From NCBI GenBank assembly GCA_009711825.1, contig VEMY01000009.1, forward strand, positions 14,283 to 78,282: a stretch of 64,000 nucleotides of DNA, written 5' to 3'. How positions within the stretch are numbered: position 1 is the stretch's first letter; every line of letters begins with the position of its first letter. Below, one piece after another: positions 50,539 through 58,820 of this stretch. Position numbers and translations under genes: made by a program. The notes under the pieces are model-generated. The model was given only the letters and a program-made list of their open reading frames with translations, was not told the origin of the DNA and made no database searches. The DNA is from Bacillota bacterium. Lineage in GTDB: Bacteria > Bacillota > Proteinivoracia > UBA4975 > VEMY01.

Positions 50539-51600
50539 ATGTTATCAACAGATGAGGCGCTGTGGTTTATGGATGAACGGATGCATCACCACCATATCCC
50601 GGGGGTGAGTGTTGCTTTGCTCTCTGGGGGCCGGATGCAGTGGGTAAAGGCCTGGGGCCAGGCTGACAGCCGCACCAAGGCCCCGCTGACCGAGCAGCAT
50701 CTTCTGTATGCTTGTTCCATGACCAAATTCATCACTGCTCTGACAACAGTTGCCCTTGCCCAGGCAGGAAAAGTAGATCTGGACGAAGATGTAAGCCGGC
50801 TTCTGAAGAGTTGGCAGCTGCCACTTGGCTCAAGCAGCCCGACTTTGCGGCAGCTTCTTGGCCATCAGGGCGGCATCATTGATGGGGAGGATTGTTTCCT
50901 GCCCCTAGAGGACGGCCAAAAAGTGCCTGCGCTTACTGAAATCCTGGCAGGAAGTAGCCCGGTAAACACCAAGGCTCTGACTGTGGAAAGACCGCCTGGC
51001 AGCACCTTCGCCTACTCAGACAACGGCTATTGTTTGGTGCAGCAGGTGCTGGAGGATGTAACGGCAAAATCCCTGGCCAGTCTAGTCCAGGAGTATGTAT
51101 TTGCGCCGTTAGGCTTCGGGGCAAGTTTCCTTGAGCAACCCTTGAGCCGGGAGCGGCATCACTATGCCAGCTCCGGCCACAACCCTCATGGCAGTGTCAT
51201 TGCCGGCAAGTTCCCAGTTTACCCTTTCCTAGCTTCGGCCGGTCTCTGGTGTGCAGCGGAGGAATATGCCCTGGCTGTTAACGAGCTGTATAATGCCCTG
51301 CAGGGCCGGGGTAAAATCCTCAGCACAGATAGCGCCAAGGCGATGATCATCCCTGATAATGTGGATTGTATTGGTCTTGGTAACTTCTCCGGTGGCAGTG
51401 GAGAAGATCGGCATATTTATCATCTTGGCTGGGGGGAGGGGTTCCAGTGCGCATTTGTAGCTTGGCCCTGGCTGGGTAATGGGGTTGTGGTGATGACCAA
51501 TTCCCAGCCCGGTGTGCCCCAGGATCAGTCGCTTGTTGGCGCTATAATCAAGGCCCTGGCCCAGGAATATGATTGGGGATCAGTGAGCTGGCTACCATAA
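50539..51600 (+). CDS. Serine hydrolase, beta-lactamase/PBP4*-like family
   Basis: S-x-x-K motif CSMTKF and a YSDNGY segment. ATG at 50539 lies 5 nt after GGGGGGAG. Confidence 0.8.
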   Translation: MLSTDEALWFMDERMHHHHIPGVSVALLSGGRMQWVKAWGQADSRTKAPLTEQHLLYACSMTKFITALTTVALAQAGKVDLDEDVSRLLKSWQLPLGSSSPTLRQLLGHQGGIIDGEDCFLPLEDGQKVPALTEILAGSSPVNTKALTVERPPGSTFAYSDNGYCLVQQVLEDVTAKSLASLVQEYVFAPLGFGASFLEQPLSRERHHYASSGHNPHGSVIAGKFPVYPFLASAGLWCAAEEYALAVNELYNALQGRGKILSTDSAKAMIIPDNVDCIGLGNFSGGSGEDRHIYHLGWGEGFQCAFVAWPWLGNGVVVMTNSQPGVPQDQSLVGAIIKALAQEYDWGSVSWLP

Positions 51601-51609
51601 GCATAAAAC

Positions 51610-51642
51610 ATCACCCCGTGCTATAATTTACACGGGGTGATT
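51610..51642 (+). terminator. Hairpin between the hydrolase and araC-like genes
   Basis: ATCACCCCGTG-ctataattta-CACGGGGTGAT. Confidence 0.55.
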
Positions 51643-51647
51643 AACGT

Positions 51648-52514
51648 ATGGCAGATAATGAATACCTAAACCGGGTTCAATTAGCGATAGATTTTATCGA
51701 GGCGAATATTACCGAGCCCCTTACTTTTCAGGCTGTGGCCCGGCAGGTGGCGTTGTCTCCCTACCATTTTCACCGGCTATTTAGGGCGCTGGTAGGAGAA
51801 ACCGTAACTGATTACATCCGAAAGCGTCAGCTTAGTGCAGCGGCCCAAGAGCTACTATCTGGTAGACGCCGTATTCTGGACATTGCTGTGGATTATCAGT
51901 TTGGCTCCCAGGCTGCCTTTACCCGGGCTTTCAAGCGGGTTTATAACACTACTCCCCATGCTTATCGCCGGCAGGGCCAAGCCCATATCCTGCTGGAGCG
52001 AAAAGTTCTCACGCCCCAGGTTTTGACCCATCGGGCAGGGCAGATAACCTTGGAGCCAAGGATTGTCCAGCTGGCGGGTTTTTCGGTTACAGGTATGGAA
52101 TACAGGGGGAGGAACACCAACCAAGAGATCCCCGCTCTGTGGAGTGAGTTCGCAAAACGGGCCAACGATATCCCCGGGCGTATAGATCATCGTGTTACCC
52201 TGGGAGTGTGTGAGATCCTTATTCCCTTCACCGAGAGTAGTGTCTTCACTTACTTGACCGCTGTGAAAGTAGAAGAGGATAGTCCGGTGCCCACAGGTAT
52301 GAGGAAGATTTATATTCCCGCCCAGTCCTACGCTGTGTTTACCCATACCGGCTCTCCAGAATTGCTGGGCCATACCTATGAGTATATACACGGCGCCTGG
52401 CTACTGAAGTCCGGGTACGAACTGGTAGAGGCGCATGATTTTGAGTGGTATGATCAGCGCTACTGCCCACAAGATAAGCACTCCCAACTGGATATCTATG
52501 TGCCAGTAAAATAA
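51648..52514 (+). CDS. AraC-family regulator with GyrI-like effector-binding domain
   Basis: SPYHFHRLFRALVGETVTDYIRKRQL and SQAAFTRAFKRVYNTTP double HTH. C-terminal half is GyrI-like (WYDQRY..., LDIYVPV). Confidence 0.85.
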   Translation: MADNEYLNRVQLAIDFIEANITEPLTFQAVARQVALSPYHFHRLFRALVGETVTDYIRKRQLSAAAQELLSGRRRILDIAVDYQFGSQAAFTRAFKRVYNTTPHAYRRQGQAHILLERKVLTPQVLTHRAGQITLEPRIVQLAGFSVTGMEYRGRNTNQEIPALWSEFAKRANDIPGRIDHRVTLGVCEILIPFTESSVFTYLTAVKVEEDSPVPTGMRKIYIPAQSYAVFTHTGSPELLGHTYEYIHGAWLLKSGYELVEAHDFEWYDQRYCPQDKHSQLDIYVPVK

Positions 52515-52718
52515 ATAGGCCAAACTCAAACTCGGGCGCTGTCCTCAAACTAGGTTCCTTGGGTACAGTTTATGGCCTTAGATACGACAGGATTTAGGTT
52601 TTAATCGTCAGGGGGCCCCTTTGTTACTTAGGAGCAAAGGGGAAGTGGTACGTTTTTACAAGGAAGGAGTAGTTGGCCTATTTAGAGAACTTGTGATTCA
52701 GAAAGGGAGTGTTATAAA

Positions 52719-53402
52719 ATGCCTCACGAGCAGTTAAGAACAATAGAAGGTGGAAGGGTTCTCGATCTTTGCACAGGGGATGGTGGTTTTGTCCACCATT
52801 ATATAAAACAGTATATTAATTATACAGAGATAATTGGTATCGACACAGATGAGCAAATTCTACAGGCAGCAAGGGAAAAGTTTAAAGACGAGCAAATTTC
52901 CTTCGAGTTTGCCGACATATACAACTTGGCTTATCCGCAGGAGAGTTTTAACACTGTTTGTTTGTCCAATTCCCTGCACCACTTACCGGAACCCCAAAGG
53001 GTCTTAGAAATTATGCAGGGCCTTGTTCCCAAGGGGGGATACGTAATAATCAATGAGATGTTTAAAGATAACCAGACGCTGCAGCAACAGTCCCATGTGG
53101 ATATACACCATTTCTTTGCCCAAATCGATGAGATTAGGGGGATGTATCACCAAGAGACTTACAGAAAACAGGATATCTTAGCTATGGTAAAGTCCTTGGA
53201 ATGGGAATCCCTGACCTGGTATGAACATATGTGGCCCAAGACCTCTGACGATGTGGAACCCTTGTTGGAAAGTTGCTATAAGTTTCTGGAGCAGTTTCAG
53301 GAACACCAAGGATTAAAGGCAGAGTTTGACTCCATCGCTAGCCGGATAAGGAAGAACGGGTATGCCTTTGCTACCCAGCTAATGGTGATCGCAAAAAAGT
53401 AA
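52719..53402 (+). CDS. Class I SAM-dependent methyltransferase
   Basis: Motif I VLDLCTGDGGF, post-I GIDTDE, and NSLHHL. Confidence 0.8.
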   Translation: MPHEQLRTIEGGRVLDLCTGDGGFVHHYIKQYINYTEIIGIDTDEQILQAAREKFKDEQISFEFADIYNLAYPQESFNTVCLSNSLHHLPEPQRVLEIMQGLVPKGGYVIINEMFKDNQTLQQQSHVDIHHFFAQIDEIRGMYHQETYRKQDILAMVKSLEWESLTWYEHMWPKTSDDVEPLLESCYKFLEQFQEHQGLKAEFDSIASRIRKNGYAFATQLMVIAKK

Positions 53403-53466
53403 TCTCCGAACCAAGTCCTCACAGCCCTCTTCCATACAAAGCCCGGGAAAGGAAATAATGCGGTCG

Positions 53467-54081
53467 TCATTGCTCGGATTGCAACAGGCGGGCAAAAAAG
53501 TCAGCGTTTCGCAGCATCTTTTTCACGATCGGCGCCACATCATCAGCCAAGGCATATTCCTCGGTGAGGGCTGCCAGTACATAATTGTATTGCTCAGCAT
53601 AGAGTTCGAAGTCCACAGGTCTAATCAGGCCAAGTTCAGCCATCAGCGCAAAGACATGGACATAATAGCCGGCTGGTTCCCTAAACACAGTTTCTATATA
53701 CAGTTCCTTCGCCCGGGCATTGCGGTATTTCTCGCCGTAGATGACCCGGGCTGCTTTGTCCATGTCTTCACCCAATTGTTTGCCCACCTGCATCACCAGA
53801 TACTTCAAAAACTCTTCCGGGGATAGATAGCTCAGCAGTTCCCGGGCCTCGGCCTGGGAAGGGCGGGCGCTCTGCACTCTTGCGACAAAGAATTGAAAAA
53901 TCTGCTCCAGAATCTCTTCCTTGCTGGCATAGTGATTATAGATGGAACTCTCCTTGATGCCTACGGCGCCGGCAATCTCCCGGATCGAGACAGCATCATA
54001 GCCCCGTTGGGAAAAGAGCTCCAGGGCGGCTTGAAATATCGCTTCCTTTGTCTGTTGGCCACGCCGGGTTCTTGTTGTCAT
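53467..54081 (-). CDS. TetR/AcrR-family transcriptional regulator
   Basis: TKEAIFQAALELFSQRGYDAVSIREIAGAVGIKESSIYNHYASKEEIL is a canonical TetR N-terminal HTH. Confidence 0.9.
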   Translation of the reverse strand: MTTRTRRGQQTKEAIFQAALELFSQRGYDAVSIREIAGAVGIKESSIYNHYASKEEILEQIFQFFVARVQSARPSQAEARELLSYLSPEEFLKYLVMQVGKQLGEDMDKAARVIYGEKYRNARAKELYIETVFREPAGYYVHVFALMAELGLIRPVDFELYAEQYNYVLAALTEEYALADDVAPIVKKMLRNADFFARLLQSEQ

Positions 54082-54093
54082 AAGCCCACTCCT

Positions 54094-55089
54094 CTATTCC
54101 ACATATTCACGCAGAAAACGATCAATTTCTCTTTGCACAAGGTCTTCGCTGCCAAACATCAGGTGACCGCCTTTTTCAATCGTCACCAAGCGGGCATTTG
54201 GTATTCGTTGCTCCATTGCCACTGCAGCCTCATACTGGGCGGCCGGGTCATCCTTGGCGTTAATCAGCAGGGTGGGGACAGTAAGTTCCTCCAATTTATA
54301 CTCCTCGCTGTTCTTAACAGTGTCTGTGTTGGAGACATAAAAGTCAAAGAGAAACCCTTCCCGGCGTGGGCGCATTGGCAGCAGACTGCCGATTATCTCC
54401 GCCGCCTGTTCGTCTTGTTCCGCAGACAATTCGTAGTTGGCCTGGATAAACATTCTCTGGGCCAGCGGGCGGAAGGGGTGGGTCATTAGCCAGAACATAA
54501 AGTCAGAACCGGCCACCCAACTCATCACTGCCTGGGGCGGCAGTGATATTTCTTCGCCCTCTGAGAGCGCGGTAGAAATGAGGATTAGGGCAGAGACTCG
54601 CTCTGGATAGCGATTAGCAAGCTGGAAGGCCGAGGCCCCGCCTGCAGAATATGCTATGACTGCCACCTGCTCCAGGCCAAGCTCATCCAGCAGGGCAATA
54701 TAGGCATCTGCCTGCATTGCCACGGTTGCATCCTTCGGTAAAGATGTGCCCAGATAGCCGAAGCGAGAAGGGACAATTGCCTGAAAGGTAGCGGGGACAT
54801 GGTCAGCGGCCAGGTTCAGGCCCTGGTCGAAGCCTCCGGCGGCTCCATGGAGCAAGAGGACCGGAGCACCGGAGCCACGGACACCATATTCGATTGGGCC
54901 ATGTGGAGTGTCTACCACTTCACGCTCCAGGTTGTCTAGGCGTGAATAGGCCGTCTTGATTGCAGGGCCATAGAAAAAAAGGCGGATGAAGATGCCAGCA
55001 ATGACAAGGGTGATGAGGACATAGAGAAGAATTTTGATACGGCAGGACCCCTTTCCTGGTGGGATTATAAGCGATAGTTTTATCCTCAT
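54094..55089 (-). CDS. Alpha/beta-fold hydrolase with N-terminal membrane anchor
   Basis: HGAAGG oxyanion region, nucleophile elbow AYSAGG, C-terminal GGHLMF. No clear RBS at ATG 55089, so the start is uncertain. Confidence 0.75.
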   Translation of the reverse strand: MRIKLSLIIPPGKGSCRIKILLYVLITLVIAGIFIRLFFYGPAIKTAYSRLDNLEREVVDTPHGPIEYGVRGSGAPVLLLHGAAGGFDQGLNLAADHVPATFQAIVPSRFGYLGTSLPKDATVAMQADAYIALLDELGLEQVAVIAYSAGGASAFQLANRYPERVSALILISTALSEGEEISLPPQAVMSWVAGSDFMFWLMTHPFRPLAQRMFIQANYELSAEQDEQAAEIIGSLLPMRPRREGFLFDFYVSNTDTVKNSEEYKLEELTVPTLLINAKDDPAAQYEAAVAMEQRIPNARLVTIEKGGHLMFGSEDLVQREIDRFLREYVE

Positions 55090-55092
55090 ATT

Positions 55093-55110
55093 AACTAACG
55101 TTTGTTAGTT
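55093..55110. promoter_or_regulatory. 7-4-7 palindrome, candidate TetR operator
   Basis: AACTAAC-gttt-GTTAGTT, immediately upstream of the hydrolase-tetR operon. Confidence 0.45.
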
Positions 55111-55186
55111 TGTAAAGAGTGCCTGCTTGCTGTTGCGGATTTGTAATATAGTAGCCTTGTTAGGCTGTTTCTAGCATAGGGCCTCA

Positions 55187-55231
55187 GAAATGAAAGGATG
55201 TTCTGGGAAAATGTAGAATATCTTAGTATGT
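55187..55231 (+). repeat. Promoter-like 45-nt repeat, copy 1 (upstream of the 173-aa membrane-anchored protein)
   Basis: GAAATGAAAGGATGTTCTGGGAAAATGTAGAATATCTTAGTATGT. Contains TGAAAG, a 17-nt spacer and an extended -10 TGTAGAAT. About 40 of 45 nt identical to copy 2. Confidence 0.65.
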
Positions 55232-55272
55232 ATACATCTATATTCGGATTACTGGTATGAGGGGGTATAGGG

Positions 55273-55794
55273 ATGTCAGGGAAATTGGGTGCAGTACTGA
55301 AAAGGTTATTTATGGTCGCCTTGGTAGCTGTCATGGTGCTTTCGATTGTTTATTCAATTCAGTTCTACCGTGTAACCGATAATGTTCAGAGGCGTTTTGT
55401 CCTCAATAGTCAAGGTGCATATGCTCAACTATCAAATGCAATCCGAATGGTTGAGGCAGGAAGTCTTCATAGTGCTGTATGGTATTTGACTGATGCCAGA
55501 ACATATGCGTTTTCCAATCATCAAGTTTTGTCCGAAAGTGGTATTTTCTCAGGAGTATGGTTCTTTAAGCCCGTTTCTCATGAGGCAATAATTCTAACAG
55601 ATGACACTATACAGGCCGTTGATAGTGCTATGACGGGGTTTTATAATGGCAGCGGCGAACTGAACCCGGGGGATATGGCGCGGATTGAGCAAATCCGCGA
55701 AAAGTATAAAGCCTTTCTGGATTATATCGACATTTCATCAGAGCCATCTTACTTTACACTGAGGCGTAAGTTAAGAGATTATGCCAGTCCTTAA
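55273..55794 (+). CDS. Hypothetical protein with single N-terminal TM helix
   Basis: 173 aa, RBS GAGGGGG. TM LFMVALVAVMVLSIVYSIQFY. No recognisable domain. Confidence 0.5.
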   Translation: MSGKLGAVLKRLFMVALVAVMVLSIVYSIQFYRVTDNVQRRFVLNSQGAYAQLSNAIRMVEAGSLHSAVWYLTDARTYAFSNHQVLSESGIFSGVWFFKPVSHEAIILTDDTIQAVDSAMTGFYNGSGELNPGDMARIEQIREKYKAFLDYIDISSEPSYFTLRRKLRDYASP

Positions 55795-55800
55795 GCAGCG

Positions 55801-55842
55801 AAGGTGCCGACTCCGGGGGAGGGAGGTGGCACCTTTTTATTT
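55801..55842 (+). terminator. Rho-independent terminator
   Basis: AAGGTGCC...GGCACCTT followed by TTTATTT. Confidence 0.65.
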
Positions 55843-55879
55843 GCCGTGCTGCAGGCAGTTTTTGCTACAGAGATTTTGG

Positions 55880-55925
55880 GAAATGAAAGGATATTCAGGC
55901 AAAATGTAGAATTATCTTACTATGT
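55880..55925 (+). repeat. Promoter-like 45-nt repeat, copy 2 (upstream of the PLD-helicase gene)
   Basis: GAAATGAAAGGATATTCAGGCAAAATGTAGAATTATCTTACTATGT. Same -35 / extended -10 layout as copy 1. Confidence 0.65.
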
Positions 55926-55960
55926 CACGGGTTTGGTTTAAAATTGATAGGGGTGGTTTA

Positions 55961-58312
55961 GTGCGTAACTCCATCGTTGGTCTTGATGACCACCTTATTT
56001 TGCATCTGAGTGATTCCATCAGGCGGGCAAGGCGCATCCGCTTTATTGTCGCGTTCTTAATGGAGTCTGGATCCAAATTGTTGGCAAGCTATCTGGCAGA
56101 AGCAGCCCAGAGGGGTGTACCCATCCAGATTCTCACTGGCAAGTATATGAGCATCACTGAGCCCTCAGCAATATACCACTTGTATAATGTGCTGGGTAAC
56201 AATGTAGAAATCCGTTTCTTCGATGAGAAGGTTCGGTCTTTCCACCCCAAAGCTTATTTGTTCGATTACGACGATGACAGCGAAATTATAATTGGGTCAT
56301 CGAACATATCCCACTCCGCGCTGACAACAGGTGTGGAATGGAATTACCGGTTTAAAAAGAGCATCGCTCCTGAAGACTATGAGATTTTTAGCAGAACATT
56401 TGATGATATGTTTGCCAACCGCTCTGTCCCCGCAACAGCTAAAGAGTTGACCGCATACTCCTTGAACTGGCGGAAGCCGAGATTAGTAGTAGTTGAGTCT
56501 CCTACTGCTTTACCTGAGGCCCCAGAGCCCTTTGGTGCCCAGGTAGAGGCTTTATACCACCTGAACCGAGCCCGAGAAGAGGGAATTGACAAGGGACTTG
56601 TTGTGGCTGCCACCGGGGTGGGTAAAACCTATCTTAGTGCATTCGACTCAGAGAAGTTTAAACGGGTTTTGTTTGTGGCTCACAGGGAAGAAATTCTACG
56701 CCAAACCGAAGCCACCTACAGAACTGTTAGACCAAATGCACACATCGGCTATTACACGGGTACCCAAAAAGACGAGCGTATGGATGTTTGCTTGGCTACG
56801 GTCCAGACCTTGGGCAGGGAGAATCATCTGCTCAACTTCCCACCGGATTACTTTGATTACATGGTTGTTGATGAATTCCATCATGCCGCAGCTGACAGTT
56901 ATGTGCGGATAATAGAGCATTTTAAGCCTGAGTTTCTGCTGGGGCTTACTGCCACACCTTACCGAACTGACAACCGGGACATTTTCGCTCTCTGCGATGA
57001 CAATGTTGTTTATGAACTGTACCTTAAAGATGCCATCAACAGGGACATGCTGGTACCGTTTCGATACTACGGCATTTATGATGCCACCGACTATTCGGGA
57101 ATTGCTGTCAGAAACGGTCAGTATGTAGTAGAAGAGCTGGAGAAAGAGCTGTCCCAAAAAGAAAGGGCCAATTTGGTGTTGGAGAAATATAAGGCTCTGG
57201 CTGGCCAAAAGACCCTGGGTTTCTGCGCCAGTATTGCCCATGCAGAATACATGGCTAGATATTTTCAGGAACAGGGGATTGCTGCCTATGCTGTCCACAG
57301 CGGGGAGGATACGGAATATACGCTTGAACGCAAACAAGCTGTGAAGGCGCTGGAAGATGGGAAGATAAAGGTGATATTTGCTGTAGATATATTTAATGAA
57401 GGCGTTGATATCCCTGCTCTGGATACCGTCCTGTTTTTGCGACCGACAGAGTCTTTTGTAGTCTTTCTGCAGCAACTGGGACGGGGGTTACGGAAGTATG
57501 ACGGCAAGGACTATCTGACTGTCTTGGACTTCATTGGCAATTACAAACGTGCCCATTATATTCCTGCCCTGTTGGCGGGGGAGAATCCCCAGGATGAAAG
57601 CGGGCGCAGAAGACGGCCCCAGGAGCAGGAGTATCCAGCAGAATGTCATGTGCAGTTTGATTTCCGTGTTCTGGATCTTTTCCGGGAGATGGTCAAACGG
57701 GACCCGCTCGCTCAACGCATGCGTGATGATTATTACCGGATTAAAGATGAACTGGGCAGGCGGCCTACGAGGGTGGATGTCTACCTGGGTTCTGACATAC
57801 CGATGCGAGAATTCCTTAAACAAGGTTGGTTGGCTTTTCTCAACAGTGTTGAGGATTTAAGTTCTATTGAGCAAGCATGGATTGATACCGAAGCAGAGAA
57901 GTTTTTGATAAATATCGAGAAGACGTCAATGTCCAAGGCCTATAAGTTGCCTACCATCGGTGCTCTGCTGCAGGGCGGGACAATTAGAAAACAGGTCAGT
58001 ATGGACGAGGTTGGTAAACGGTTCATGGATTTCTATGTGAATAAGAAACTGCACCAAAAGGATTTGCAGGATAAGAGCAATCGGAATTGGCCAAAGTGGA
58101 GCCAAGAGCAATTTACGAAACTGGCCCGGAAAAATCCGGTTCACTTCCTGTCCAAAGGCAAGTTCTTTAACTACGACGAGATAAACCGGACTTTCTATCT
58201 GGATTCCGAGCTGGAGGATTATTTATCGCCGGCGCTGGCTGAGCACGTGCAAGATATTCTGGAGTATAAGCGGATTGATTATTTCCGCAAACGTTACCGG
58301 GAGGATGATTAA
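55961..58312 (+). CDS. Fusion protein: PLD (HKD) nuclease domain + SF2 (ResIII/DExH) helicase + DUF3427-like C-terminal domain
   Basis: HKD motif HPKAYLFD...GSSNIS (His codon at 56243). Walker A ATGVGKTY, DExH VVDEFHHAA, TATPYR, QQLGRGLR. C-terminal about 200 aa are DUF3427-like. GTG at 55961 (GGGGTGG 4 nt upstream) is preferred over ATG 55922, which lies inside the promoter repeat. Confidence 0.85.
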   Translation: MRNSIVGLDDHLILHLSDSIRRARRIRFIVAFLMESGSKLLASYLAEAAQRGVPIQILTGKYMSITEPSAIYHLYNVLGNNVEIRFFDEKVRSFHPKAYLFDYDDDSEIIIGSSNISHSALTTGVEWNYRFKKSIAPEDYEIFSRTFDDMFANRSVPATAKELTAYSLNWRKPRLVVVESPTALPEAPEPFGAQVEALYHLNRAREEGIDKGLVVAATGVGKTYLSAFDSEKFKRVLFVAHREEILRQTEATYRTVRPNAHIGYYTGTQKDERMDVCLATVQTLGRENHLLNFPPDYFDYMVVDEFHHAAADSYVRIIEHFKPEFLLGLTATPYRTDNRDIFALCDDNVVYELYLKDAINRDMLVPFRYYGIYDATDYSGIAVRNGQYVVEELEKELSQKERANLVLEKYKALAGQKTLGFCASIAHAEYMARYFQEQGIAAYAVHSGEDTEYTLERKQAVKALEDGKIKVIFAVDIFNEGVDIPALDTVLFLRPTESFVVFLQQLGRGLRKYDGKDYLTVLDFIGNYKRAHYIPALLAGENPQDESGRRRRPQEQEYPAECHVQFDFRVLDLFREMVKRDPLAQRMRDDYYRIKDELGRRPTRVDVYLGSDIPMREFLKQGWLAFLNSVEDLSSIEQAWIDTEAEKFLINIEKTSMSKAYKLPTIGALLQGGTIRKQVSMDEVGKRFMDFYVNKKLHQKDLQDKSNRNWPKWSQEQFTKLARKNPVHFLSKGKFFNYDEINRTFYLDSELEDYLSPALAEHVQDILEYKRIDYFRKRYREDD

Positions 58313-58708
58313 ATGAAGGAATGTATTTTCTGCAAGCTGCCGGAGACAGAGCTGCTTTGCGAGAACGATCTGGCCAGGGCTTTTTATGACAAGTTTCCGG
58401 TAAACGAGGGCCATGTTCTGATAACGCCCAAGCGGCATGTGGTTGATTATTTTGGTGCTACTCCGGAAGAGCTGGCGGCTATAAATGAATTGGTTGCCGA
58501 GGTTAAAGAGATTCTGGACAAAAAATATAACCCCGATGGCTATAACATCGGGGTAAATGTGGGACATGCCGGTGGGCAAACGATATTCCATTTGCACGTT
58601 CATGTGATTCCGAGGTTCGAGGGGGATGTTGAGGATCCTAGGGGTGGGGTCAGGAATTTGAAGCCGAATCTGGTTGAGTATGTCGCTAAAACCACTCAAG
58701 ATTTATAA
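58313..58708 (+). CDS. HIT-family (histidine triad) nucleotide hydrolase/transferase
   Basis: 131 aa. CIFC N-terminal zinc-type motif, NEGHVLITPKRH, and the histidine triad HLHVHVIPR. The ATG directly abuts the helicase TAA. Confidence 0.9.
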   Translation: MKECIFCKLPETELLCENDLARAFYDKFPVNEGHVLITPKRHVVDYFGATPEELAAINELVAEVKEILDKKYNPDGYNIGVNVGHAGGQTIFHLHVHVIPRFEGDVEDPRGGVRNLKPNLVEYVAKTTQDL

Positions 58709-58820
58709 GCCTGTTCGATTACGATAGTGAGGACGGATAGTGGTATCTCTTGAACAGCTTGTCTGCGCACTCTAATTAAAACTCAATTCTTTGCGATAAA
58801 ACTACAAGCATACCTCTACC

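Noticed and set aside
52515-52718. Possible riboswitch or sRNA in the 200-nt leader of the SAM-dependent methyltransferase (local hairpin CCCCTTTG...CAAAGGGG).
   Set aside because: I cannot match it to any riboswitch class by eye (no SAM-I/II core features). A covariance-model scan would be needed.
53458-54489. Plus-strand ORFs of 122 and 198 aa opposite the TetR and alpha/beta-hydrolase genes.
   Set aside because: The minus-strand genes have canonical motifs and RBSs. The plus-strand translations have no motifs or RBS.
55961-56400. Treating the PLD domain of the helicase fusion as the missing DISARM DrmC.
   Set aside because: It is fused to its own helicase, transcribed convergently from a separate promoter, and coupled to a HIT gene. 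Canonical DrmC is a stand-alone PLD protein in the drm operon. I keep this only as a hypothesis in the findings.
56696-57475. 259-aa antisense ORF inside the PLD-helicase gene.
   Set aside because: It overlaps the helicase core motifs on the other strand, which are unambiguous. It has no RBS and no recognisable motif, so it is most likely a chance open frame.
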